Assembly: GCA_947467145.1 (NCBI GenBank)
Contig: CANIGJ010000002.1
Span: 168,441-232,440, forward strand
Source of the DNA: Rhodospirillaceae bacterium
GTDB taxonomy: Bacteria; Pseudomonadota; Alphaproteobacteria; Rhodospirillales; UBA2165
Reading direction: 5' to 3'
DNA: 64,000 nucleotides
In this document: in pieces, positions 19,389 through 27,953 of the stretch
Layout: every line of letters starts with the position of its first letter
How positions within the stretch are numbered: the stretch's first letter is position 1
Translations under genes and position numbers: made by a program
The notes under the pieces: generated by a model
The model's database searches: none
Told to the model about the DNA's origin: nothing
The model's input: only the letters and a program-made list of their open reading frames with translations

Positions 19389-20558
19389 TTAGCCCTTCTT
19401 GGCGGCCGGAGCAGCGGGCTTCTTGTTGAAGTAATGGTTGAAGGCCATGCGGCGGTTGGTGACGGTGTCCATCTCCCACTGCACGACGCGTTCGGCGAAG
19501 ACGCGCTGCGAGGCGACGATTTCGGCGAACAGCGGATTTTCCTTCGACTTGGCCGCGGCGACCTCGTCGTAGAATTCGATCGTCTTTTGCAGGATCGAAT
19601 CCGGCGTCTTGTAGAAGCGGACCTTGTCGTTGGTCTTCATCTCGGAATAGTCCTTGGAATACCGGTCGATGGATTTCCAGGTCATGTCCTGCGAGGCCGC
19701 TTCGACGGCGTTCTCGATGATCGCCTTCATGCCGGCGGGCAGGCCGTCGAACTTCGCCTTGTTGAACAGGATTTCGAACTGTTCGGCGTTCTGATGGAAG
19801 CTCTGCAGCATGCAGACCTTGGAGACATCGGGGAAGCCCAGCACGCGGTCCGAAGACGCATTGTTGTATTCCGCCGCATCGAGCAGGCCGCGATCCATGG
19901 CGGGGACGATTTCGCCGCCGGGCAGGGCGTTGACCGCCGCACCCATCTTGGTGAACAGATCGATCGAGATACCGACGGTGCGGTATTTGAGGCCTTTGAT
20001 ATCCTCGAGCTTGGTCACCGGCTTCTTGAACCAGCCGAGCGGCTGCGACGGCATCGGACCATAGAGGAACGATTGCACGTTCGCGCCGACCGACGAATAG
20101 AGTTTCGTCAGCAGGGCTTTGCCGCCGCCGTATTTGTGCCACGACAGCAGCATGTTGGCGTCCATGCCGAAGGCCGGGCCCGACCCCCACAGCGCCAGCG
20201 CCGGGCTTTTGCCGTAATGATAGACGACCACGCCGTGGCCGCCGTCGAGCGTGCCCGACGACACCGCGTCGAGCAGGCCGAAGGCGGGGACGACCGCGCC
20301 GGCGGGCAGCACTTCGATCTTCAGATCGCCACCGGTCATATCATTGACCTTCTTGGCGAAGTCGTTGGCGAACTCCTGGAAGATGTCCTTGGACGGCCAG
20401 GTGCTCTGGAAGCGGAGGCTGATCGGCCCGCCTTGCGCCTTGGCGATGTTCGGCGTGGCGAGGGCGGCCGCGCCACCGACGGCGGCGACCGATGCCTTGG
20501 CCAGGAATTCGCGGCGCGACGCGGTCGCGGCTGATTGTTGTTTATCGACGGATTTCAT
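19389..20558 (-). CDS. TRAP substrate-binding protein (DctP-type) with a Tat signal
   Basis: The ORF track runs to 20705. I prefer the ATG at 20558 (MKSVDKQQSAATASRREFLAKASVAA...), preceded by GGGAGGA. It is a paralog of 58421..59566. Confidence 0.85.
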   Translation of the reverse strand: MKSVDKQQSAATASRREFLAKASVAAVGGAAALATPNIAKAQGGPISLRFQSTWPSKDIFQEFANDFAKKVNDMTGGDLKIEVLPAGAVVPAFGLLDAVSSGTLDGGHGVVVYHYGKSPALALWGSGPAFGMDANMLLSWHKYGGGKALLTKLYSSVGANVQSFLYGPMPSQPLGWFKKPVTKLEDIKGLKYRTVGISIDLFTKMGAAVNALPGGEIVPAMDRGLLDAAEYNNASSDRVLGFPDVSKVCMLQSFHQNAEQFEILFNKAKFDGLPAGMKAIIENAVEAASQDMTWKSIDRYSKDYSEMKTNDKVRFYKTPDSILQKTIEFYDEVAAAKSKENPLFAEIVASQRVFAERVVQWEMDTVTNRRMAFNHYFNKKPAAPAAKKG

Positions 20559-20791
20559 GGATGGTCCTCCCTTGGACGTGCGATGGAACTTTTGTGTACC
20601 AAAGCTCATGGCGAAATCGTCCGCGCGTTTTGCGGCAATCCACCTGAAGCCTTCCCAAATAGACATTCTTAATTGGTACAATCTTCCGTCGGATTCAGGG
20701 TCCATGGCAAGGTGTTTCGGGTCGAAGACGGAAACGGCCCCGGCAGGTGTGCTGCCGAGGCCGAGGATCGTCGAACGATATAGAAAATGGG

Positions 20792-21436
20792 TCAGGCGGC
20801 GCGCGCCGCTCCCGGGCGTTGCGCCGGCATGGTCGCCTTGACCGCCGGGCGATCCATATGCATGCGCAGATAGGCGGTCAGGTTGGGCGATTGGGCGAGC
20901 AACTCGGCCGCCTCGGGTGCGGTGTTCATATAATAGAGAATGGGGATCAGGTTGATATCGGCGAGCGTAAAGCCGCCGCCGACCAGATAACCGGATGCGA
21001 CGGCGCGATCCAACATCTCAAAGTGCGGCTTCATGCGCGGCAGCGCCGCCGCGATCGCATCGCGGTTGGCCGTGCCGTTTGGCCCCGTCGGGAAAATATA
21101 TTCGCGAAAATAGGTGCGGACCCACAGCGGATCGATCGCGGTATTGACGATGGAGATCCATTGCTCGGTTTTGGCGGCGCCTTCCGCATCGCTTGGCACC
21201 AGCGATGGCCCGTCGAACGTGCGTTCGATGTAGTGGCAGATCGCGCGCGACTCGCACAACGTCACATCGCCATGACGCATGACCGGGATCTTGCCGAGCG
21301 GATTGATGGCCGTGACCTCGGGTGAATGCGGCATCACCGATGTATGCGTGTAGGGGATGCCTTTTTCCTCAAGTGCGATGCGGCAGACCCAGACATAGTT
21401 GCTGGCCGCGCCGCCAATCAGCTCCAATTGCGACAT
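20792..21436 (-). CDS. Glutathione S-transferase
   Basis: 214 aa. N-terminal thioredoxin-like GST domain (SNYVWVCRIALEEKGIPY...GKIPVMRHGD). Confidence 0.85.
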   Translation of the reverse strand: MSQLELIGGAASNYVWVCRIALEEKGIPYTHTSVMPHSPEVTAINPLGKIPVMRHGDVTLCESRAICHYIERTFDGPSLVPSDAEGAAKTEQWISIVNTAIDPLWVRTYFREYIFPTGPNGTANRDAIAAALPRMKPHFEMLDRAVASGYLVGGGFTLADINLIPILYYMNTAPEAAELLAQSPNLTAYLRMHMDRPAVKATMPAQRPGAARAA

Positions 21437-21448
21437 GATGTTTCTCCT

Positions 21449-21910
21449 TTAGGAATCGGCTTCGATGGCGAACAGGCCGAGCAGTTGCGGCCAGCCGGAA
21501 TTGACGGCCGTGCGCATCTTTTCGGCCTGCTCGGCAAAGCGTTCGAGGTTGCGATGTTCGAGTTGCACGCGCGTCCCATCGGCATCGCTGGCGAAGGTGA
21601 TCTCGACTTCGGTCAGCAGATCGGGGTCGTAGCCGAATTGCGGCGTGATCTGCCAGGCGAGCACCAGGCGATGCGGCGGTTCCCATATCAGTACCTTGCC
21701 CCAGTCGCATTCGCTGCCGTCGATGCCGACCTCGTACCAGCGTCCGCCGACGCGCGGTTCGATCACGGCCTCCTTCATATCGGCCTTGCCGATCTTGTGC
21801 GATTTGGCCCACCAGCGATTGATGCCTTTGGTGAACACGTCGAACGCCTTCGCTTGATTTGCTTTGACGTGAACGCTGTGGCGCACCGGCGCCGGCGTGA
21901 TGGTCTTCAT
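21449..21910 (-). CDS. SRPBCC/AHSA1-domain protein
   Basis: 153 aa. FDVFTKGINRWW...GGRWYE...WEPPHRLVLAW is typical of the AHSA1-like SRPBCC family that is commonly paired with ArsR regulators. Confidence 0.75.
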   Translation of the reverse strand: MKTITPAPVRHSVHVKANQAKAFDVFTKGINRWWAKSHKIGKADMKEAVIEPRVGGRWYEVGIDGSECDWGKVLIWEPPHRLVLAWQITPQFGYDPDLLTEVEITFASDADGTRVQLEHRNLERFAEQAEKMRTAVNSGWPQLLGLFAIEADS

Positions 21911-22242
21911 GCTTCAGAATCCTGATCCGGTTTTTCGACCTCGGCCTTGAAGGCGTCGAGCTGATCGACCCAGAAGCGGTCGAGCCAGCCGCGCAACGCG
22001 CCCAACCCATGGGGATCGATCTGGTAGATGCGTTTGGTCCCTTCCGCCCGATCGGTCACGAGGCCGGCATCCTTCAATGCGCGCAGATGTTGCGACACGG
22101 CGGGCCGGCTGACCGGCAGGTTCAGGGCCAGATTGCCGACCGACTGCGGGCCGTCGCCGAGCCGCTCGAAGATCTGGCGCCGGGTCGGATCGCCCAACAC
22201 GGTGAAAACGTCGGAAATGCGCGCGGTTTTTTCGTAAGCCAT
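21907..22242 (-). CDS. ArsR/SmtB-family transcriptional regulator
   Basis: 111 aa. FTVLGDPTRRQIFERL...SVGNLALNLPVSRPAVSQHLRALKDAGLV is a winged HTH. The stop overlaps the downstream SRPBCC start. Confidence 0.85.
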   Translation of the reverse strand: MAYEKTARISDVFTVLGDPTRRQIFERLGDGPQSVGNLALNLPVSRPAVSQHLRALKDAGLVTDRAEGTKRIYQIDPHGLGALRGWLDRFWVDQLDAFKAEVEKPDQDSEA

Positions 22243-22274
22243 GACTAACAGTAAGTATTAGCTTACATGTAGTC
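22243..22274. promoter_or_regulatory. Candidate ArsR operator: nested imperfect palindrome abutting the arsR-like start codon
   Basis: GACTA-aca-GTAAG-tattag-CTTAC-atg-TAGTC. Two 5-bp arm pairs are perfectly complementary. The segment is AT-rich within a GC-rich genome. Confidence 0.35.
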
Positions 22275-22407
22275 AAATGGATTTTTGCGGGCCTTGCTGC
22301 GTTATTTACACGTTCAATAAGGGGCCACTTTCCGGCTATAAGGCATCACGTTCGACAATCTCGCGGCCGCCACCGGTGGCCGTTTCAGCCACAGGACATG
22401 GATATAA

Positions 22408-24438
22408 ATGAACCGATCGGCGGCTTTATTCGGCTTTGCGCTGTCCGCACTTGTCGCCGCCGGGGCGTCCTTCGGGGCCTGGTCCTGGCTCGGCAAGCCC
22501 GTCGCCATGCCGGATGTGCCGAACGCGCATTTCTCCTGCCTGTCCTATACGCCGGCGTCCGATGCCGGCTCGCCGCTGACGGAGAAGGACGGGATCTTCG
22601 ACGTGCCCGCCGGTCTGATCGAACGCGATATGAAGATCCTGTCGAAATACACCGATTGCGTTCGCACCTATTCGACCAATGGGCCGCAGGGCGACGTGCT
22701 GCCCATCGCGGCGTCGGTCGGTATGAAGGTGCTGCTGGGTATCTGGATCAGCACGGACGACAAGCGCAATCAGGTCGAGATCGACCGCGCGTTGGAAATG
22801 GCGAACAAGCATCCCGAAGCCGTGCGCGCCATCGTGGTGGGCAATGAGGTGCTGCTGCGCCGCGAAATGCTGGGCGATCGTCTGGCCAATACCATCAAGG
22901 CGGTGAAGGCGCGCACCAATCTGCCCGTCGCCTATGCCGACATCTATGAATTCTGGCGGCGCAATCCGCAGGTCGGCCAGGCGGTCGATATCGCGCTTCT
23001 GCACATCCTGCCTTACTGGGACGATCCGCATCCGGTGTCCATCGACGATGTGTTCGAACACGTTGTCCATCCCGTCATCAAGAATGCGAAGGAAATCGCG
23101 ATCCCGGGCAAGCCGATCATCATCGGCGAAATCGGCTGGCCGTCGTCGGGCCGCACGCGCTCCGAAGCCGTACCCACACTCGTCAACGAAGCGCGCTTCA
23201 TGCGCACCTTGGCCGCCAATGCCGATGCGCTCGGCGTCGGCTACAACTTGATCGAAGCCATCGACCAGCCGTGGAAGCGCATCCCCGAGGGCACCGTCGG
23301 CGCCTATTGGGGCATCCTGGATAAAAACCGCGAATTGAAATTCCCGCTCACCGGCCCGGTCAGCGAACATGCCGATTGGCAGAAAGCCGCCGCCGTGTCG
23401 TTCGCCGGCGCGTTGATCGCGCTGCTGATCGGTTGGCGCAATCGCGCGAGCATGACGTTCGCACGCTGGATCGCGCTCGGCCTTGCGGGCGCTGCCGTCG
23501 GCGGCACGGCGTGGCTGCTGCCGACCAATATCGAACACACTGCGGCCGGCGGTTTCGGGCCGATCAAGGCGGCGGGCTGGATCTTCGTCTTCGCGGTGGG
23601 CATTACGCAGCTCATCGCGCGTGTGATCTTCGGCGCGGATTGGCCGACGCGGACACCGGCTTCGGCCGCGCAAGTGGCAGGGACCGCGCGCGCCAAACAG
23701 AAATGGGACTGCGCGACATTGGTCGGCGCGCTCAATTTCGCAGTGCTGCTGATCGCCGCGATGACCGCGCTGATGCTGGCGGTCGATGGCCGCCACCGCG
23801 ATTTCGCGACCTTGGCATTGTGGATCCCGGCCATCGCCGTGCTGCTCGGCGGTGTCGTGCGCGTGCCGGGCGTACGCTTCGCCGAGGAAGCCTGGCTGGC
23901 GATGATCCTGATTGCGTCGAGCGTGTGGTCCATCGATCATTACGGCAATGTCGAGGCCTGGATCTGGGCGGCGACCTGCTGGGCCATCGCGTTCCAGTGG
24001 ATCGATGCGATGCGTGACGAGTTGGATCGCTTGAAGGCGTCGGCGTCGCGCGGCATCAAACTGTTCTGCGAGAACCCCGCGCTGCTCGCCATCATTGTCG
24101 CGGCCCTTGCTGCCTGCGTCGGTGCGGCCATTCGTTATCAGTTCTACGAGCCTGACACGTTCGGCGCCATCTGCTATGCGGAAAATCCGTGGTGGTGCAT
24201 CTTCCGCACCGCGATCGCCGTGGCCAGCAAAAATTACGGCCTGGGCTGGACGGCGACGTTGCTGACCGCGATTGCCGCGTGGCGCATCTACAAAGGCCAA
24301 GCGGCGAACGCGTTGTTGTGGATCGCCATCGTGTTGGGCGGCTGCGGCATGATCCTGTACGACGCCACGGTCTCGACACCGGCGGTGTTGCTGGCCACGA
24401 TCCTGCTGGCGCGTGCGCCGGAGCGTCGCTCCGTTTAA
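22408..24438 (+). CDS. GH17-family beta-1,3-glucan hydrolase/transglycosylase fused to a C-terminal polytopic membrane domain (NdvC-like)
   Basis: 676 aa. The GH17 acid/base block VVGNEVLLR and nucleophile block IIIGEIGWPSSG are present. The C-terminal ~330 aa are strongly hydrophobic. Confidence 0.75.
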   Translation: MNRSAALFGFALSALVAAGASFGAWSWLGKPVAMPDVPNAHFSCLSYTPASDAGSPLTEKDGIFDVPAGLIERDMKILSKYTDCVRTYSTNGPQGDVLPIAASVGMKVLLGIWISTDDKRNQVEIDRALEMANKHPEAVRAIVVGNEVLLRREMLGDRLANTIKAVKARTNLPVAYADIYEFWRRNPQVGQAVDIALLHILPYWDDPHPVSIDDVFEHVVHPVIKNAKEIAIPGKPIIIGEIGWPSSGRTRSEAVPTLVNEARFMRTLAANADALGVGYNLIEAIDQPWKRIPEGTVGAYWGILDKNRELKFPLTGPVSEHADWQKAAAVSFAGALIALLIGWRNRASMTFARWIALGLAGAAVGGTAWLLPTNIEHTAAGGFGPIKAAGWIFVFAVGITQLIARVIFGADWPTRTPASAAQVAGTARAKQKWDCATLVGALNFAVLLIAAMTALMLAVDGRHRDFATLALWIPAIAVLLGGVVRVPGVRFAEEAWLAMILIASSVWSIDHYGNVEAWIWAATCWAIAFQWIDAMRDELDRLKASASRGIKLFCENPALLAIIVAALAACVGAAIRYQFYEPDTFGAICYAENPWWCIFRTAIAVASKNYGLGWTATLLTAIAAWRIYKGQAANALLWIAIVLGGCGMILYDATVSTPAVLLATILLARAPERRSV

Positions 24439-24439
24439 G

Positions 24440-24458
24440 CGCGCGGCCGACCCGCGCG
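24440..24458. terminator. GC hairpin between convergent genes (no U-tract)
   Basis: CGCGCGG-ccgac-CCGCGCG, a 7-bp stem, flanked on both sides by ccgttta. Confidence 0.35.
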
Positions 24459-24468
24459 ACCGTTTAGC

Positions 24469-25476
24469 CTACGACCACGGATTCAGCATCACCTTGCATT
24501 GATGCGTGCGCTCGCGCAAAGCCTCGAACGCATCGGGGAATTGCGCGAGGCTGACGGTGTCGGTCACCATGGTGCGTGGAATGACATCGCCGCGCTCGAA
24601 CGGTTGGATCGATTGTTCGAATTCGCGCGCCGAATAGAAGCCCGAACATTGGATGCGGACTTCCTTACCGACCGCGATGCCCGGGATGAAGCTGTCGGGA
24701 TCCCAGCAGAGCCCCAGCACGACAACGGTGCCGCGCCGACGCACGGCCGTGACGGCTTTTTCGATCAGGCCGGTGGCGCCCACGGCTTCGAACACAATGT
24801 CGGGCGGCCCACCCAATGCTTCGGCGGCGGCCTGCGCCATATCGGCAGCGGGATCGAGGAAGACATCCGCGCCCATATCGCGGGCCAGACTTTCGCGGCG
24901 GCGCGAACCTGCCGTCACCGCGATTTTACCCGCACCCATGCGATGCGCCCAGAAGATGGTGGCGAGACCGATGGGCCCCGCGCCGATCACCAGCACGCGC
25001 GCCCCCGGCTGCAGGCCGGAGATCGCTACGCCATGGATGCCGACCGCCATCGGTTCGACCAATGCGCCATCTTCCAACGACAGGCTTTGCGGCATGACGA
25101 AACATTGGCGCTCGTGCGTCTTGGCATATTCGCCGTAACCGCCGCCGTCGATATTACGGGCAGCACACCAGGCCGGTTCGCCCGCTAGGCAACTCGCGCA
25201 CGTGCCACAGCCCGACAGCGGCAACACGCAGACGCGGTCGCCCTTTTTCACGCGGCTGACATCCTTGCCGACATCTATCACTTCGCCGGCCCATTCGTGC
25301 CCCAATATTTTGCCGCTGGGGGCCAGATGATGCGGATTGCCGGTGGCGTGCAGATCGCTGCCGCAGATGCCGCAACGTCCGACCTTGATGACGACCTCGC
25401 CGGTCCCCGGCGTCGGATCGGGTTGCGTTTCGATCGCCAGCGGTTGGCCGAAGGCGCGGAAGACGGCTGCTTTCAT
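24469..25476 (-). CDS. Zn-dependent alcohol dehydrogenase (MDR family)
   Basis: The ORF track runs to 25947. The real start is MKAAVFRAFGQPL... at 25476, with GGAGGA upstream and an ATGA overlap with the SDR stop. GRCGICGSDLH zinc motif. Confidence 0.85.
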   Translation of the reverse strand: MKAAVFRAFGQPLAIETQPDPTPGTGEVVIKVGRCGICGSDLHATGNPHHLAPSGKILGHEWAGEVIDVGKDVSRVKKGDRVCVLPLSGCGTCASCLAGEPAWCAARNIDGGGYGEYAKTHERQCFVMPQSLSLEDGALVEPMAVGIHGVAISGLQPGARVLVIGAGPIGLATIFWAHRMGAGKIAVTAGSRRRESLARDMGADVFLDPAADMAQAAAEALGGPPDIVFEAVGATGLIEKAVTAVRRRGTVVVLGLCWDPDSFIPGIAVGKEVRIQCSGFYSAREFEQSIQPFERGDVIPRTMVTDTVSLAQFPDAFEALRERTHQCKVMLNPWS

Positions 25477-26249
25477 TTCGCGGTTCCTCCGACACTCCAG
25501 CCGCCGTCGATCACATGCGCGGCGCCGGTGATGTAACGCGATTCGTCGGACGCCAGAAACAGGATGAGATTGGCGACGTCTTCGGGCTCGCCCAACACGC
25601 CCATCGGCACGCGCACCACGGATAAGCTGCGCGATTCGTCGAACGAGATGTTTTTGGCGCGCGCCCGTGTCGCATGGATATCGTCCAGCATGCGCGTGCG
25701 GATCAGGCCGGGATGCACCGAATTGCAGCGGATGCGGTCGGCCGCCCCAAACGAAGCCACCGATCCAGACAGATGCTTCACCGCCGCCTTGCTCGAGCCA
25801 TACGGCGCGCTCACCGGTGTCGCCATGAGTGCGACCGCCGACGACAGGTTGATGATCGAGCCGCCGCCCGCGCGGCGCATCGCCGGCATCGCGCTTTTGC
25901 AGCCGAGAAATGTGCCGTCGAGATTGATGGCATGCACATGCTTCCATTCCTTCAGGCTGGTTTCCGGCGTGCCTTGGGTCATGTCGCCTTCGATGCCGGC
26001 GGCATTCACCAGAATGTCGAGCCGTCCTAATTTCTTTTCCACACCGGTGACGATGTCCTGCCAGCGCTCTTCGCTGGTGACGTCGTGATGATGATAGGCG
26101 CCGCCGATTTCGCGCGCGAGATTTTGTCCGTCCGCCACATCGGTGACGACGACCTTGGCCCCTTCCTTGGCGAGCAAGCGGCAGGTGGCGCTACCGATGC
26201 CACCCGCACCGCCGGTGACAATGGCAACTTTGCCTTCAACACGCCCCAT
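25473..26249 (-). CDS. SDR-family oxidoreductase
   Basis: KVAIVTGGAGGIG Rossmann motif and YGSSK catalytic motif. Start preferred at 26249 (AAGGA 7 nt upstream), because the upstream ATG at 26282 lies inside a terminator stem. Confidence 0.85.
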   Translation of the reverse strand: MGRVEGKVAIVTGGAGGIGSATCRLLAKEGAKVVVTDVADGQNLAREIGGAYHHHDVTSEERWQDIVTGVEKKLGRLDILVNAAGIEGDMTQGTPETSLKEWKHVHAINLDGTFLGCKSAMPAMRRAGGGSIINLSSAVALMATPVSAPYGSSKAAVKHLSGSVASFGAADRIRCNSVHPGLIRTRMLDDIHATRARAKNISFDESRSLSVVRVPMGVLGEPEDVANLILFLASDESRYITGAAHVIDGGWSVGGTAK

Positions 26250-26269
26250 GTTCGTGTCCTTGAAATAGA

Positions 26270-26303
26270 AAGAGCGGCTCATCGGTGAGGATGAGCCGCT
26301 CTT
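26270..26303 (-). terminator. Intrinsic terminator candidate after the family-5 SBP gene
   Basis: Perfect 13-bp stem AAGAGCGGCTCAT / ATGAGCCGCTCTT with an 8-nt loop. On the minus strand it is followed by TCTATTTC. Confidence 0.55.
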
Positions 26304-26315
26304 GTTGGCGTCAGA

Positions 26316-27851
26316 CTACTTCCAGAAGTAGTCGTCGATGTAATTGTCGCCCGCCGACAACGGGTTCTTCTTGATCTCCATGTCCTTGGAATGGACGTAG
26401 AGCGTCGGCAGGGACGAGAAGGCCATCACGTAGTTCTTGGAATTGTTCAGATCCATCGCCTTGGTGTAGATCGCGGTGCGCTTGGCATCGTCGAACTCCA
26501 ATAGGCCGGCATCGATCAGCTTGGTCATTTCCGGGTCGCGGGCATAGTCGCGCGGTTCGACGAAGAAGACGTCGAGGATGTTGCCCGCATCCGGATGGCC
26601 GGCCGACGGATAGAAGATGCTGGTCATGTTCAACTCGCCGTCCGCCTGCTTCTTGCGGAACAGGTTGATGGTGACCGGTTCGACCTGCGCCTTGACGCCG
26701 ATCTTGAGCAGATCGTTCGAGATCGCCTCGCAGATATGCTTGATCGGGATGAAGCACGAATAGGTGAGCGAGAAGCCATCCGGATAACCCGCTTCGGCGA
26801 GCAACTTCTTCGCCGTCGCCGGATCGTAGGGCGGATATTCCGTCGTACGGCCGCAGGCGATCGTGCTCTCGAAGCAGATCATGTTCATCTTCTCGGCGAT
26901 GCCTTCGGCGCCGCCGGGCACCAGGCCCTTGATGATCGCGTCGCGGTTCATGCCCATCCACATCGCTTTGCGCACGCGATCGTCGGTGAGCGGCTTTACG
27001 CCGGAACGACCCGCCGCGTCGAGCACGATATAGACGAACGATGCGGTCGGCAGGGTGGAGATGCGCAGATCCGGGTTCTTGGCCAGTTCGGCCGCGTTGT
27101 CGGGCTGCACGTTGCGCAGGATGTCGACGCCGCCGGTCATCAGCTGGGCGATCTGCGTCTGTTTATCCGGAACCGGAATGCCGTGGATGCGGCCGACGGG
27201 TGCGCGGAAATATTTCGGATCGCCTTTGAATTCTTTGTAACGCTCGACGACGATGCCGGTGTTTTTGTCGATGGATGAGACCTTGAACGCACCGGTGCCG
27301 TACGGCGTCAGGCGGCCGTAGTCGCACTTGTTCTCCAAAGTGTCGAAGGATTCCTTGTCCTGGATATAGGTACGATAGCCGAGCAGGCCGAGATCGGTCG
27401 CGTTCGGCGTGCCGGCCGTGATGCGGACCTTATAGGGGCCCAGCTTCTCGATCGTCTTCACCCACGTGTAGCGCGACTTGAACTCGATCTTGTATTGCGG
27501 ATCGGCCGCGTAGGAGATGGTGGAGACGACGTCGTCGGCGTCGAACTTGTTGCCGTTGTGGAAGGTGATGCCTTCCTGCAGGTCGAATTCAAGCACGGTC
27601 GGGCTGACGCGCGTCCAGCTTTTGGCGAGGCCGGGGATGATCTTTTTCTCGTGCTCGTCGAAATTGATCAGGGTGCCATAGACGCGGCGATAGAAATTGC
27701 CCGCCTCGTCGACCGGTACGCAGTAATTGGACAAGGTCGAGAACGGATCGTTGATGGCGATGCGAAGGGTGTCCTTCGACTTCTGCGCCATGGCAGGTGT
27801 TGCGATCAAAAGGGCGGCAATTGCGCCAGCGGCAAACTGCACGGATTTCAT
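26316..27851 (-). CDS. ABC transporter substrate-binding protein, family 5 (peptide/nickel/opine type), paralog A
   Basis: 511 aa. Signal peptide then AQKSKDTLRIA, C-terminal DDYFWK. Paralogous to 30727, 46290 and 47886. Confidence 0.85.
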   Translation of the reverse strand: MKSVQFAAGAIAALLIATPAMAQKSKDTLRIAINDPFSTLSNYCVPVDEAGNFYRRVYGTLINFDEHEKKIIPGLAKSWTRVSPTVLEFDLQEGITFHNGNKFDADDVVSTISYAADPQYKIEFKSRYTWVKTIEKLGPYKVRITAGTPNATDLGLLGYRTYIQDKESFDTLENKCDYGRLTPYGTGAFKVSSIDKNTGIVVERYKEFKGDPKYFRAPVGRIHGIPVPDKQTQIAQLMTGGVDILRNVQPDNAAELAKNPDLRISTLPTASFVYIVLDAAGRSGVKPLTDDRVRKAMWMGMNRDAIIKGLVPGGAEGIAEKMNMICFESTIACGRTTEYPPYDPATAKKLLAEAGYPDGFSLTYSCFIPIKHICEAISNDLLKIGVKAQVEPVTINLFRKKQADGELNMTSIFYPSAGHPDAGNILDVFFVEPRDYARDPEMTKLIDAGLLEFDDAKRTAIYTKAMDLNNSKNYVMAFSSLPTLYVHSKDMEIKKNPLSAGDNYIDDYFWK

Positions 27852-27953
27852 AGACGTCTCCCGTTGAAAGTTATTTTCTAAATGAACGTCTTCGGGGCGT
27901 TCTTCATCCGCGAGTGTAGCGGAAAAGGCCGGGCCGCCTATAAGAAATTTGGC

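Noticed and set aside
25477-25947. 157-codon N-terminal extension of the alcohol dehydrogenase ORF (the track gives 492 aa)
   Set aside because: The extension overlaps the SDR gene in another frame and is Arg/Gly-rich. The canonical MKAAVF start at 25476 has a GGAGGA RBS and an ATGA overlap with the SDR stop.
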